Source: Acidobacteriota bacterium (GTDB lineage Bacteria > Acidobacteriota > Vicinamibacteria > Vicinamibacterales > SCN-69-37). From it: a stretch of 64,000 bases of DNA. Below are positions 27,868 through 37,649 of this stretch, one piece after another. Position 1 is the stretch's first letter. Each line of letters begins with the position of its first letter. Under the pieces are notes generated by a model. That model saw only the letters and a program-made list of their open reading frames with translations, ran no database searches and was not told where the DNA came from. A program made the position numbers and the translations under genes. The DNA is taken from NCBI GenBank assembly GCA_039933635.1, contig JBDTNQ010000007.1:11244-75243 (forward strand). The letters run 5' to 3'.

Positions 27868-29241
27868 TCAGGGCCTTTCGGCCGTTGGTCCACCAACGGC
27901 ATTGAGGATCAGACGAAACAGGTCCGTCTGATCGATGACGCCTACGACGCGCGCCGCCTGAGGGCCCGATGCCGCAATTCTTACTTGGGTCCCGGTGTGG
28001 TCCTGCGAACGGTGGTAACCGTTGGTCCCGTAGGCCATCGTCATCGGCACGCCGTCGGCTGTCATCAAGACGCTGATCAGGCCGGACGGGTGATCGTCGT
28101 CCGTCGGCAACGGCACGATTTGGCTCGAGTGTCCGTGGTCCGCCGTGACCACCACGAGCGTTTCCGGATGGGCGGCGGCGAACCGGAGGCCGACATCGAC
28201 TGCGGCGTCGAGACCGATCGTCTCTCCAATCTGCCCGCATGGATTCGCACTGTGATCCTGCTTGTCGATCGACGCGCCCTCGACCTGAAGAAAGAACCCG
28301 GGACCGCCACTCTCCGGGCGATCGAGTAGTTCGAGGGCGGACGCGGTCATCTCAGCGAGACTTGGTTGACCCGGAGCGCGCTGGTTCACCTCGCAGGTCT
28401 GCGGTGTTTTGACGTTCGACGGATAGGGTGTCGCCTCGAGTCCCTTCCATTCCAGTGACATGTTCCCAGTCGCAAACAGTCCCAAGACCCGTTGCCCCGC
28501 AGGAACGTAGGCCAGGCCGACGTCCGACGTGACAATGCGGTATCCCGCGGCAATGGCGTGCTGCAGTACCAGGGGGCCCGCCTCCGTGCGCTGATTGAAG
28601 CGTGCGTATCCGCCGCCAAGCAGAACGTCGATGCCATGGTCCAGAAGCTGCTCGGCGATGGACCCGCTTCCGCCGGCCGACCTGAGGTCTTGTGGACACT
28701 TGGCCATGTCTGACGGTCCCTGACACGTCCGGTTGGCCACGTGTGCGCCGAGCACCGCCGGCGTCGCGTCCGTCAGTTCCGCCGTCGTCACGTTGCCGGT
28801 TCGGAAGCCGAGCGTACGAACGATTTCGAGAATGGTTGGGAGATCCTTGTCCGTCGACGCCGACGTTGCGATGCGCCCATTGCTGGTCTTCGTCCCTGTC
28901 GCCCACGCCGTGCCGGTCGAGGCCGAATCGGGCACGTAGTCGGGTTGCAGGGGGTGGGCCTCGTCGACCGCGTAGGTCGTGTACGACCCGGTGAATGGCA
29001 GGCGGTCCATCGCGAGATGGCCGCGCGCGCCGCGCGCGTAGTTGCGTGCCGCTGTGATCTCGGAGTCACCCATGCCATCGCCGATGAACAGGATCACGTT
29101 GCGCGCCCTGCCTTCAACCGAGCGACGCCACTCGCCAGGGTCGAGGGCGGGTCCTGTCTGCGGCGCGGAACGCGAGGCCGCTTCAAGAACCAGTACAAGC
29201 GCGGCCACACCGATCACCCACGCACTGCGAGTTCGTGTCAT
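27868..29241 (-). CDS. phoA: Alkaline phosphatase (PhoA family)
   Basis: IGDGMG, PDSAS (Ser nucleophile), DATPA, EGASIDKQDH, TADHGH and QDHTG; signal peptide; GGAGG RBS. Confidence 0.93.
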   Translation of the reverse strand: MTRTRSAWVIGVAALVLVLEAASRSAPQTGPALDPGEWRRSVEGRARNVILFIGDGMGDSEITAARNYARGARGHLAMDRLPFTGSYTTYAVDEAHPLQPDYVPDSASTGTAWATGTKTSNGRIATSASTDKDLPTILEIVRTLGFRTGNVTTAELTDATPAVLGAHVANRTCQGPSDMAKCPQDLRSAGGSGSIAEQLLDHGIDVLLGGGYARFNQRTEAGPLVLQHAIAAGYRIVTSDVGLAYVPAGQRVLGLFATGNMSLEWKGLEATPYPSNVKTPQTCEVNQRAPGQPSLAEMTASALELLDRPESGGPGFFLQVEGASIDKQDHSANPCGQIGETIGLDAAVDVGLRFAAAHPETLVVVTADHGHSSQIVPLPTDDDHPSGLISVLMTADGVPMTMAYGTNGYHRSQDHTGTQVRIAASGPQAARVVGVIDQTDLFRLILNAVGGPTAERP

Positions 29242-29316
29242 CGCCCACATCCTCCGCCATGCTTGTACGCCAGCCATGTGACGCCCGTGCGATGCCCGTC
29301 CTCTTTTTGCACCACC

Positions 29317-29343
29317 GTTACGTGGATGCAACGCCGCAGTCGC
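29317..29343 (+). promoter_or_regulatory. Pho-box-like 11-bp-periodic pentamers in the phoA/TBDR divergent region
   Basis: GTTAC (29317), GCAAC (29328), GTCGC (29339). Confidence 0.35.
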
Positions 29344-29439
29344 AGTGCGCCGCTACCGTGAGTGTCTCTATGCGGTTTCATGGTTTCAATGCATCTGGCC
29401 GGCACGTCTGGCCGTGTGCGCATTGGGAGGCACTCTGAT

Positions 29440-32400
29440 ATGTCGCCTATTCATCACGTGACAGCCCGTCTCAGGCTGGCGGTCGCGCTGCTCGTCCTCA
29501 CTCTTCCTTCGATGGCCCTCGCCCAGACGGACGCCGGATCGCTTCGCACATTGATCGCCGACCAGTCGGGCGCCATCGTGCCCGGCGCCACGGTCACGCT
29601 GACCAACATGGGGATCGGCGCGGCACGGAGTCTCGTGTCTGACGGCGAAGGGTACGCCACGTTTTCGCCGATTCAGCGCGGCAACTACACCCTCCGCGTG
29701 GAGCTGAACGGCTTCCGTACACGCGAAATCAAGGACGTCACGGTCGACGTTAATGAGCGCAAGTTCCTCCGGGTGGCGCTGGACACGGCGGGCGTCTCGG
29801 AACGCGTCGAGATTACCGGCGGCGGCCGGACGCTGCAGACCGAAGAGGGATCGCTCGGTCAGGTCATCCGCGGTGACATCGCCACCCAGCTTCCACTCGC
29901 CGGACGCCGTTACACGGAACTCGCATTGCTCGTGCCCGGCGCCACGCCAAGCACGATGACGCTCGATACGCGCGGCCCCGGATGGTTCCTGGTGAACGGC
30001 AACACGCAGACGCAGAACAACTTCATGCTCGACGGCTTCGACAACAACAACGGCACACAGAACGCGCAGTCGCTCTCGTCGCAGGTCGTCCAGCCGAACC
30101 CGGACGCCATCGACCAGTTCAAGGTCCAGACCAACAGCTTTTCGGCCGAGTTCGGACGTTCCGCCGGGGCCGTCGTCAACGTGTCGATCAAATCGGGCAC
30201 CAACGCGCCGAAGGGCTCGGTGTGGTACTACAGTCGCGACGCGTCGCTCGCGTCGATTTCGTGGAACGCGCAGCACAACAACCTGCCGAAGGACGACCTG
30301 TCCTGGAACCAGGCCGGCGTCACGTTCGGCGCGCCAATCATCAGGAACAAGCTCTTCTACTTCGGCTCCTACGAAGGCTTCAAGCGCTCGTTCTCCCAGT
30401 CCGGCGTGGTGTCGGTACCCGATGCCACCATCCGCACCGGTGTGTTCCCGACGACGATCACCGATCCGCAGACCGGACGCCCATTCCCCAACAACACCAT
30501 TCCGCAGAACCGGTGGGACCCGCTCGCGTCGAAGATTCTCAGCGCGTGGTCACTTCCGAACCGCCCCGGCAACACGTCCGCGACCGGCATCAACACCAGC
30601 AACTACGCGTACCAGGCGCCCGGCACCGAGAACACAAGCAAGGTCGACCTTCGAGGGGATGCCGTGGCGAGCACCAACAGCCGCTTCTTCGTCCGCTACA
30701 GCATGCTGAGGCAGCGCATCTACCGCGATCAGATTCTCGAGGGGATCGTCGAACAGGCTGGCAATCAGGGCGAACAGTACAACCTCAACCACAACGTGGG
30801 CGTCAGCTGGAACCGGCTCTTCCAGGGTCGGTACGTGAACGAGATGCGCGCGGGCTACACGGCGACCAACGCGGACTTCGCGCAGCCGACGGCCACGGGC
30901 ATGAAGGCGGACGAGTTCGGGTTCACGGGTCTGCCCGCGTCGCAGTTGACGACCGGCGGCATCCCGGCGATCAGCATCTCGAACTACTCCCAGGTCGGCA
31001 TCCGCAACTTCCGTCCGCAGTTCCAGCAGCCGCGCGCCATCCAGGTTCTTGACACGATCTCCGCGCTGTTTGGCCGTCACACGCTGAAGGCGGGCGTCGA
31101 ACTTCGGCGGAAGAAGGACGTCGAACAGGATGACGAGCGGGTCTCGCCGGCCTATACGTTCAACGGCACCTTCACCGGCAACGCCCTGGCCGACTTCATG
31201 CTCGGATCGGCGCAGTCCTATGTGGCCGTGACCAACACCGTCGTCGACTATCGGCAGCACGCGTATTCCCTGTTCCTGCAGGATGACTTCAAGATCGCGC
31301 CGAAGGTCACGGCGAACCTGGGCCTGCGCTACGAGTACACGACGCCGATGTACGGCCACGGCCAGTACGTGAACGTGAACTTCGATCCGTCAACAGGGCA
31401 GCTCTACCCGGCGAGCGAGACTGACCGGTACGCGCAGGACGTCGACCGCAACAACGTCGCGCCGCGCCTCGGCCTGGCCTGGCAGATCGAGCCAGAGAAG
31501 TACGTGCTCCGCGCCGGCTATGGCATCTTCTACTCGGGCGAAGAGATTCATGGCTCGGACGACATGATGGTGTTCAATCCGCCGCAGCTCATCCGGGCCC
31601 AATTGAACGCGAGCGGCACGGGGCCGACGGCCACGCCTGCGATCCGCCTCTCGGATCCGTTCCCGAGCACGCTCCTCTCGAACTACGACTCGACGACCGT
31701 CAGCGTGCGTGCGCACGAGCGCGACTGGAACATGCCACAGGTCCAGCAGTGGAACGTCGCGTTGGAGACGCTGCTGCCGTGGCAGTCGAGCTTCGAAGCG
31801 GCCTACGTCGGCAATCGCGGCGCCAACCAGATTGTGTCGCTCCCGCTCAATGCCGTGCAGTGGGGCCAAAACGGCGCCACCGCGGCGAATCGCCCGTATC
31901 CCACGTGGCAACAGATCACGATGTTCTTCACGGCCGCGCAATCGACGTACGACTCCCTGCAGCTGAAGTTCGAGAAGCGCCAGTCGCACGGGCTGTATGT
32001 CCTCGGGAGCTACACGTTCGCCAACTCGCGCGACGAAGCAGGCGGCTGGGCGGCCGGCGGGCATACCATCCAGGACAACGTCCTGCCGGACTACTCCAAC
32101 CTCAATGACGTGCTGCGTGCGGCGCGGGGCCCGAACACGCAGGTTGCACGTCACCGCCTCACGCTCACCGAGGTGTGGCAGCTGCCGATCGGTCGCAATC
32201 GTGCGATTGGCGGCAACATGTCGCCGGTTCTCGATGCGCTCGTCGGCGGTTGGCAACTCTCGAGCGTCACCTCGTTGCGCAGCGGCATGCCTATCGACGT
32301 GACGCTGGCCAGCTCTGGGACAAATCCCGCCACGGGCCAGACCTACAGCTTCTTCAACCGGAATGGCGGCGGCATCCTGCCGGACGCCACGGGTGTAGAT

Positions 32401-32718
32401 CCGAACAGCAACTCGTCGACCGACGATCTGCTGCACTGGCTCAATCCGGCAGCCTACGCGGTGCAGGCGGTCAACACGCCGGGTAACGCCAGGCCGGTCA
32501 GCGCGTGGGGACCGGGTGCGTTGACGACGGACCTGAGCCTGGTGAAGCGGTTCAGGTTCAATGCCTTCACCGCCGACCTCCGTGCCGAGGCGTTCAATCT
32601 CTTCAACACGGTGAACTACGGCAATCCGAATGGCAGCTTCGGCAGCGCGGCGTTCGGTCAGATCACGACCGCCGGCGATCCCCGCATCATCCAGCTCGCG
32701 GTCCGCCTCGGGTTCTGA
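29440..32718 (+). CDS. TonB-dependent receptor (carboxypeptidase-regulatory N-domain, Oar-like)
   Basis: DQSGAIVPGATVT, SAEFGRSAG, LFLQDDFK, LGLRYEY and C-terminal IQLAVRLGF. Confidence 0.92.
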   Translation: MSPIHHVTARLRLAVALLVLTLPSMALAQTDAGSLRTLIADQSGAIVPGATVTLTNMGIGAARSLVSDGEGYATFSPIQRGNYTLRVELNGFRTREIKDVTVDVNERKFLRVALDTAGVSERVEITGGGRTLQTEEGSLGQVIRGDIATQLPLAGRRYTELALLVPGATPSTMTLDTRGPGWFLVNGNTQTQNNFMLDGFDNNNGTQNAQSLSSQVVQPNPDAIDQFKVQTNSFSAEFGRSAGAVVNVSIKSGTNAPKGSVWYYSRDASLASISWNAQHNNLPKDDLSWNQAGVTFGAPIIRNKLFYFGSYEGFKRSFSQSGVVSVPDATIRTGVFPTTITDPQTGRPFPNNTIPQNRWDPLASKILSAWSLPNRPGNTSATGINTSNYAYQAPGTENTSKVDLRGDAVASTNSRFFVRYSMLRQRIYRDQILEGIVEQAGNQGEQYNLNHNVGVSWNRLFQGRYVNEMRAGYTATNADFAQPTATGMKADEFGFTGLPASQLTTGGIPAISISNYSQVGIRNFRPQFQQPRAIQVLDTISALFGRHTLKAGVELRRKKDVEQDDERVSPAYTFNGTFTGNALADFMLGSAQSYVAVTNTVVDYRQHAYSLFLQDDFKIAPKVTANLGLRYEYTTPMYGHGQYVNVNFDPSTGQLYPASETDRYAQDVDRNNVAPRLGLAWQIEPEKYVLRAGYGIFYSGEEIHGSDDMMVFNPPQLIRAQLNASGTGPTATPAIRLSDPFPSTLLSNYDSTTVSVRAHERDWNMPQVQQWNVALETLLPWQSSFEAAYVGNRGANQIVSLPLNAVQWGQNGATAANRPYPTWQQITMFFTAAQSTYDSLQLKFEKRQSHGLYVLGSYTFANSRDEAGGWAAGGHTIQDNVLPDYSNLNDVLRAARGPNTQVARHRLTLTEVWQLPIGRNRAIGGNMSPVLDALVGGWQLSSVTSLRSGMPIDVTLASSGTNPATGQTYSFFNRNGGGILPDATGVDPNSNSSTDDLLHWLNPAAYAVQAVNTPGNARPVSAWGPGALTTDLSLVKRFRFNAFTADLRAEAFNLFNTVNYGNPNGSFGSAAFGQITTAGDPRIIQLAVRLGF

Positions 32719-32734
32719 CTGCTCTACTTTTCAA

Positions 32735-32766
32735 GGGAGGCGAGTCTCGAAGAGAGACCGCCTCCC
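32735..32766 (+). terminator. Intercistronic stem-loop after the TBDR (mRNA stabiliser/partial terminator)
   Basis: gggaggcg-a-gtctc…gagac-cgcctccc inverted repeat. Confidence 0.55.
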
Positions 32767-32777
32767 GCTCCACATTC

Positions 32778-34238
32778 ATGCGGTTCCACACCGTTCTGCC
32801 CTCGTTGATCATCGCGATGTCGGCGCTGCTGCCGATGCACGCCGCACGTCAGACGCCCGCCATCATCACCTTGTCGGGTATCGTGACGACGGCCGACAAG
32901 GGGACCTATCAGGAACGCCCGTTCGACGTGCCCGCGGGCGTGACGCGCGTCGACGTCGACTTCGCCTACGAGAACCGAGGCAAGGGCACGGAGCTCGAGG
33001 TCGGGCTGTTCGATGCCCAGCGCTTTCGTGGGACGAGCCGTTTCAGCAAGGACCACTTTCATCTGACGGAGTTCGAGGCGACGCCGTCGTACTTCACGGG
33101 CCCGCTGCCGGCCGGGACGTGGCGACTGTCGCTGGGCGTCCCATCAATAGGCGCCGGACAAACGTCGATGTGGACGGCGACGCTTCGCCTGTCCATGCGA
33201 AGCACGCCGATCGATGGGCTCGGTCCGGTACTCAAGGCGGAGGCGGCCTGGTACGTCGGTGATCTCCACGCGCACACGTTGCACAGCGACGGCTTCGGCT
33301 GCATCGATTCCGGAACGACGACCGCTCGCGGCTGTCAGCCATGGGAAGTCGTGGAAGCGGCGCGGGCGCGGCACCTGGACTTCCTGGCCATCACCGATCA
33401 CAACACGACGTCGCATCATGCGGACCTCGCCACGCTGCAGGAGGGCCTCACGTCGCTGTTGCTGCTCCGAGGCCAGGAGCTCACGACCTTCCACGGACAT
33501 GCCAACGTGTACGGCACGAGTCGTCCTATCGACTTCCGTCTGGGTTTCAACGGTCGGTCGATGATCGACGTGATGGACGACGTCGCGCACGAGGACGCGT
33601 TGCTGTCGATCAACCATCCGGGCCGGGAGACGGGTGACACCTGCACCGGCTGCGGCTGGGACGCGCCCTCGACGCCGTGGGATCGCATCGAAGCGATGGA
33701 AGTCGTCAACAGCGGTGTGATCGAGGGGCGCACGGCCGGGATGCCGTTCTGGTACGCGCGCCTGAACGAGGGGCACCACATCACGGCAATCGGCGGCAGC
33801 GACGATCACGGCGCACGGTCGCCTCGTGGCCACATCGGATCGCCAGCAACGGTGGTCTATGCGCGTGACCTCTCGGAGTCGGCGCTACTCGATGGCATCC
33901 GTGCCGGCCGCGTCTACGTGCGCACGCGCGGTCCCGAAGGACCGGCGCTGGAACTCGCTGGAGCCATGGGCGAGACACTCGTGCCGATGGGCGGCATCGT
34001 CAACGTCGCGAAGAAAGGCACTCCGGTCCGGCTGATCGTGCGCGCGGCGGGTGCCGCGGGTCAGCGTGCAGAGATCGTGCGGAACGGCGAGGTGGTCGCG
34101 ACCCTTACCGTGGCGACCGCTGACCAGAAGGTGTCGCATCTGTTGACGATGACTCCCGGCCAGTGGGTTCATGTGCGTCTGCGGGACGCAGCGGGCATCA
34201 CGGCGTTCACGAACCCCGTTTACGCCCGCAGTTTCTAG
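32778..34238 (+). CDS. PHP-domain (CehA/McbA-like) secreted metallohydrolase
   Basis: GDLHAHTLHSDG, AITDHN, QELTTFHGHAN, INHP and GGSDDH motifs. Confidence 0.88.
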   Translation: MRFHTVLPSLIIAMSALLPMHAARQTPAIITLSGIVTTADKGTYQERPFDVPAGVTRVDVDFAYENRGKGTELEVGLFDAQRFRGTSRFSKDHFHLTEFEATPSYFTGPLPAGTWRLSLGVPSIGAGQTSMWTATLRLSMRSTPIDGLGPVLKAEAAWYVGDLHAHTLHSDGFGCIDSGTTTARGCQPWEVVEAARARHLDFLAITDHNTTSHHADLATLQEGLTSLLLLRGQELTTFHGHANVYGTSRPIDFRLGFNGRSMIDVMDDVAHEDALLSINHPGRETGDTCTGCGWDAPSTPWDRIEAMEVVNSGVIEGRTAGMPFWYARLNEGHHITAIGGSDDHGARSPRGHIGSPATVVYARDLSESALLDGIRAGRVYVRTRGPEGPALELAGAMGETLVPMGGIVNVAKKGTPVRLIVRAAGAAGQRAEIVRNGEVVATLTVATADQKVSHLLTMTPGQWVHVRLRDAAGITAFTNPVYARSF

Positions 34239-35266
34239 CTCGACGGTGTCGCCGGGGCGCCGAACTGTGCGGCCCGAACGCGCGCAAGGTCTTCGTACTG
34301 GTCGGTGGCCAGGAAATCCACCGTCGCGGCGATGGCGGCCTTCCACCGGACGAGCGCCGCCGCGGGGCTGCCGAAGTTGTAGCCGCCGGCTGGCGCGTGG
34401 TCGTCGCCGTTCAGCGTATAGAAGCGGATCCACAGGCGCATCGCGTGCGCGCGCGCCACGAGCGCGCGGAGCCGCGCCTCGTCCGTCGTCGTCCACTCCC
34501 CCGCATTGCCCTGGCCTCCGGCCTCCACCACCGACCATGGGAAGTTCACCCAGCGGCGATAGTTGGTGACTTCCGCAGGAATGGCCGACTCGGCTGGCAA
34601 TGTCGCGTACCTGGCTGATCTCTCCGCGGCTGTCGCACCGGGCGTCGGTGCGTCGTTGATCGCGCCGAAGAGCAAGAGCTTCTGGCCGACCGGTACGATG
34701 TCGTGGAAATCCACCTGCTGCTGGTTGTTGCTGCCGGTGAGAACCAGCATCGGACCAACGGTCAGGGGCGCGGGGACGCCTGGCGTGGACGTCCGCACGG
34801 CCGTGGTCAGCCAGGCTTCGTATTTGTGGAGCAGCGCGAGCACGAACGCGTGGTGCTCGGGTTCGTTGGTCTTGAAATCCAGGTTCAGCGTGATGAGCGG
34901 CCAGTCGGCGCGGCGATTATCGGCGAGCGCCTTCTCCATCACCGGCCTCACCTTTTCGAAGAAATACGCTTCGAAGTCAGGCGATGTCGGGACGTCGGTA
35001 CCGCCGTGCGACACGACGGAACGGTACGCGCCGGTGGACGGATCCTTGTACCAGACAAGATCCTGCTCGATGGCGAGCGGCGTCGGAGTGCCGAGCGCGC
35101 GATCGAGTTCGTCATGGTTGTAACAGTTGTGCGCGTCGAGCAGCATGCGCTCGCCGGCCGCGTAGTGCGGCACACTCGGGGCCGGACGCTGGGCATTCAG
35201 CGTGGCTGCGACTGCAGCGGCGGCGACGATCGCAGGAATGACTCGCTGTGCGATGGCGGTACGCAT
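34235..35266 (-). CDS. Secreted PI-PLC/GDPD-like TIM-barrel phosphodiesterase
   Basis: DAHNCY, IEQDL, LNLDFK, RFYTLN and VDFLATD pattern; signal peptide. Confidence 0.65.
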   Translation of the reverse strand: MRTAIAQRVIPAIVAAAAVAATLNAQRPAPSVPHYAAGERMLLDAHNCYNHDELDRALGTPTPLAIEQDLVWYKDPSTGAYRSVVSHGGTDVPTSPDFEAYFFEKVRPVMEKALADNRRADWPLITLNLDFKTNEPEHHAFVLALLHKYEAWLTTAVRTSTPGVPAPLTVGPMLVLTGSNNQQQVDFHDIVPVGQKLLLFGAINDAPTPGATAAERSARYATLPAESAIPAEVTNYRRWVNFPWSVVEAGGQGNAGEWTTTDEARLRALVARAHAMRLWIRFYTLNGDDHAPAGGYNFGSPAAALVRWKAAIAATVDFLATDQYEDLARVRAAQFGAPATPSS

Positions 35267-35288
35267 GTCATGACCCTATCCGCTGGAC

Positions 35289-35304
35289 GTGACGTCGGCG
35301 TTAA
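35289..35304 (-). promoter_or_regulatory. Pho-box-like TTAAC-N6-GTCAC
   Basis: Two pentamers exactly 11 bp apart, just upstream of the phosphodiesterase start. Confidence 0.4.
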
Positions 35305-35506
35305 GTTGACCTTCGAGCGCTCGCATCAGGATTCGGGAGACGTCCCCTGCTCATGCCGCGCCCAGCCCGCTGGTCGCGGCCACCTCACGTGGCGCCATCC
35401 TCCCCTGCAGGCGTCCCACGCGCCCCTTGCGCGTGCTAGGCTGTCGCTCGCCCCCGGCTGACAGCGCCGCCCCGCTGCGCATCCGGCGACCCAGGAGTCT
35501 CCGCCG

Positions 35507-36526
35507 ATGTTCAGCAGCACCATCGAAGACGTGCTCGCGCTGGTCGTCGTTGCTCTGCTCTACCTCGCCATCGTCCGCTATCTCGACGTCAACGAGCGCG
35601 AGCCCGTCTGGAGCATCCTGCTCGCGTTCGTCATCGGCGGAGCGGCGGCCGGCGCGCTGAATCTCGGCGTGACGTCCGTCACCCTCAACCTCGATCCCTG
35701 GCGCGGCGCCGCTTTCCGCGAGATCAGCATCTTCGTGGCGGTGGCCATCGTCTTCAAGATCTTCGACGCGATCGGGCGTCTGCGGGGATGGTCCGAGGTG
35801 ACGGACGTCGTCGACGGACTGATCTACGGCATGGCCGTCGGACTCGGATTCGTCTGCGGTGAAGCCATCGCGCAACTCGGCCCCGCATCCATCGTCGACG
35901 TCGGCCGGTCCGGACCGCTCACCACCATTCGCGCAACCGCGCTTGCCGGGCTGGCGCAGGGCGTATTCGGTGCGGTGATCGGCGCGGGCTTCGGCCTGGC
36001 CACATCGAATCGCGGTTGGGCGCGCTGGGCGTGGCCGTTCGTCGGCCTCTCTGCAGCGATCGTCTGTCACGGCGCCTACCAGCAGCTCGCGTTCGGCAAC
36101 GCGCTCGGCGCCTCCGCTGTGCTGCGCGGCCGGCTGGCGCTCGCGATGCCCATCGTGTCCCTCGTCGCACTCGCCGCGTACGGTCTGGCCACGGAACGAC
36201 GCGTAATCGCGCGCGAGTTGGCCGACGAGAGCGCTGCCGGCTACGTCACGGCGTCGGAAATCGCGCTGCTCGAACGTCCGTGGCGGCGGCACCTGCGCTA
36301 TGCGCGCGCGCTCATGCTGCTGCAAACGAGAGAATTCAGTGCCCGGCCGGCGCTGCACAACCGCCAGGTCATGCTCGCGCTGGCGAAACTGCGCGCGGCA
36401 GGCGCGGCCGATGACCAGGGGCGGCGCGACGCCGAAGTCGAAATCGCCGCCCTCAGGCGCAGCATCACGGCAATTCGCGCACAGCTCGACGGCGCGGCGT
36501 CCGCTTCAGCACGAGGGACGCGATGA
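35507..36526 (+). CDS. PrsW-family intramembrane protein, catalytic motifs degenerate
   Basis: YLDVNEREP, VVDGLIYG.AVGLGF...E, E..E…GY and C-terminal LAL.K pattern; EExxK replaced by REISI. Confidence 0.75.
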   Translation: MFSSTIEDVLALVVVALLYLAIVRYLDVNEREPVWSILLAFVIGGAAAGALNLGVTSVTLNLDPWRGAAFREISIFVAVAIVFKIFDAIGRLRGWSEVTDVVDGLIYGMAVGLGFVCGEAIAQLGPASIVDVGRSGPLTTIRATALAGLAQGVFGAVIGAGFGLATSNRGWARWAWPFVGLSAAIVCHGAYQQLAFGNALGASAVLRGRLALAMPIVSLVALAAYGLATERRVIARELADESAAGYVTASEIALLERPWRRHLRYARALMLLQTREFSARPALHNRQVMLALAKLRAAGAADDQGRRDAEVEIAALRRSITAIRAQLDGAASASARGTR

Positions 36527-37632
36527 GCCCGCGGCGCCCGGGACACAACAGGAGATGGTTCGTTCGGGCGGCGGCATTGGCCGCATGCGTATTGACGAGG
36601 CCCGCCGTGCTGCCGGCGCAATTTCGCCTGACTCCGGATCCGGCTCTCGTCTCGCTCGTTCAATCCGCGCGGTTCGACATCAATCGCTTCTGGGCCTCAC
36701 AAGTTCCCAACTACCTGCCGCCAGCGGACGTCGTCATGGTACAGGTGCCAACGACGACCGACTGCGGTCCTTTCCCGAAGCCCAACGCGAGGTACTGCGG
36801 ATCGACCAACAAGATCTATTGGGATCTGTCGCTGTTCGCCTCCCAGTACAAGATCGGGGACTTCGCGCCGGTCTTCATCCTCGCGCACGAATGGGGACAC
36901 CTGGTGCAGAGCCTCATGGGGTTCGACCGCACCGCGCGGGGCCTCATGACGATCCAGCTCGAGCTGCAGGCCGACTGCCTCGCCGGCACGTACGCGTCCG
37001 ATGCGCGCAGTCGAAAGGTCCTCGACGACGGCGACGATGATGAAGCGGCCCTGGCGCTGCGGCGGGCCGGAGACAGTTTCGACGGCGATTGGTTCGACAA
37101 GAACGCACACGGCACGCCCGGTCAGCGCATCGATGCCTTCACGTACGGCTTCGAGGGCCGGTCCTGCACCGCCAACTCGTTCTTCGATTTCCTGAAAGTG
37201 CGCGGCGTCGATCCCGCGAGGGCACCGCAGTCGGTGCCGACACAGGGCAGCCTCGATGCCCTGATTCCGCGGCAGGCCGGCCGGTTCACGATGACGGCCG
37301 TGACGCGCGAGCACATGGACGGCGCGACGGACTATCTCAAAGCCACCTATCGGACCAACGACGGCATCGACGTGAAGCTCGCCGTGCTCGCGTTCTCGGA
37401 CGCCCAGACGGCCAACGACACGCTCGCCAGCGTCGTCGGGATCTTGAACGAGAAGGGCATCCCTGAGCTCCGGCGCGTCAAGGTCGTCAACGACGCCAAG
37501 ACGCAGATCGGCACGGAGGTCGTGTTGCACGGGCAGCTCGAGACCGTGGTCTGGACGAACAAGCACGTCCTCGGCAAGGCGGACGGGCCCTTCGACGTCA
37601 CGCTCGAACTCTGCCGGGCGCTGCCCTTCTAG
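36523..37632 (+). CDS. Neutral zinc metallopeptidase (YpfJ/Zn_peptidase-like) with extra C-terminal domain
   Basis: NARYC, LAHEWGHLVQ, ELQADCLAG and HGT..QR motifs; ATGA coupling to the upstream gene. Confidence 0.85.
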   Translation: MSPRRPGHNRRWFVRAAALAACVLTRPAVLPAQFRLTPDPALVSLVQSARFDINRFWASQVPNYLPPADVVMVQVPTTTDCGPFPKPNARYCGSTNKIYWDLSLFASQYKIGDFAPVFILAHEWGHLVQSLMGFDRTARGLMTIQLELQADCLAGTYASDARSRKVLDDGDDDEAALALRRAGDSFDGDWFDKNAHGTPGQRIDAFTYGFEGRSCTANSFFDFLKVRGVDPARAPQSVPTQGSLDALIPRQAGRFTMTAVTREHMDGATDYLKATYRTNDGIDVKLAVLAFSDAQTANDTLASVVGILNEKGIPELRRVKVVNDAKTQIGTEVVLHGQLETVVWTNKHVLGKADGPFDVTLELCRALPF

Positions 37633-37649
37633 CCGGCGAATTGTCGCGC

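Noticed and set aside
21530-28000. Integrative element or prophage at tRNA-Pro
   Set aside because: No integrase, no duplicated tRNA 3' end noticed and no obvious GC shift; only a loosely variable region with pseudogenes.
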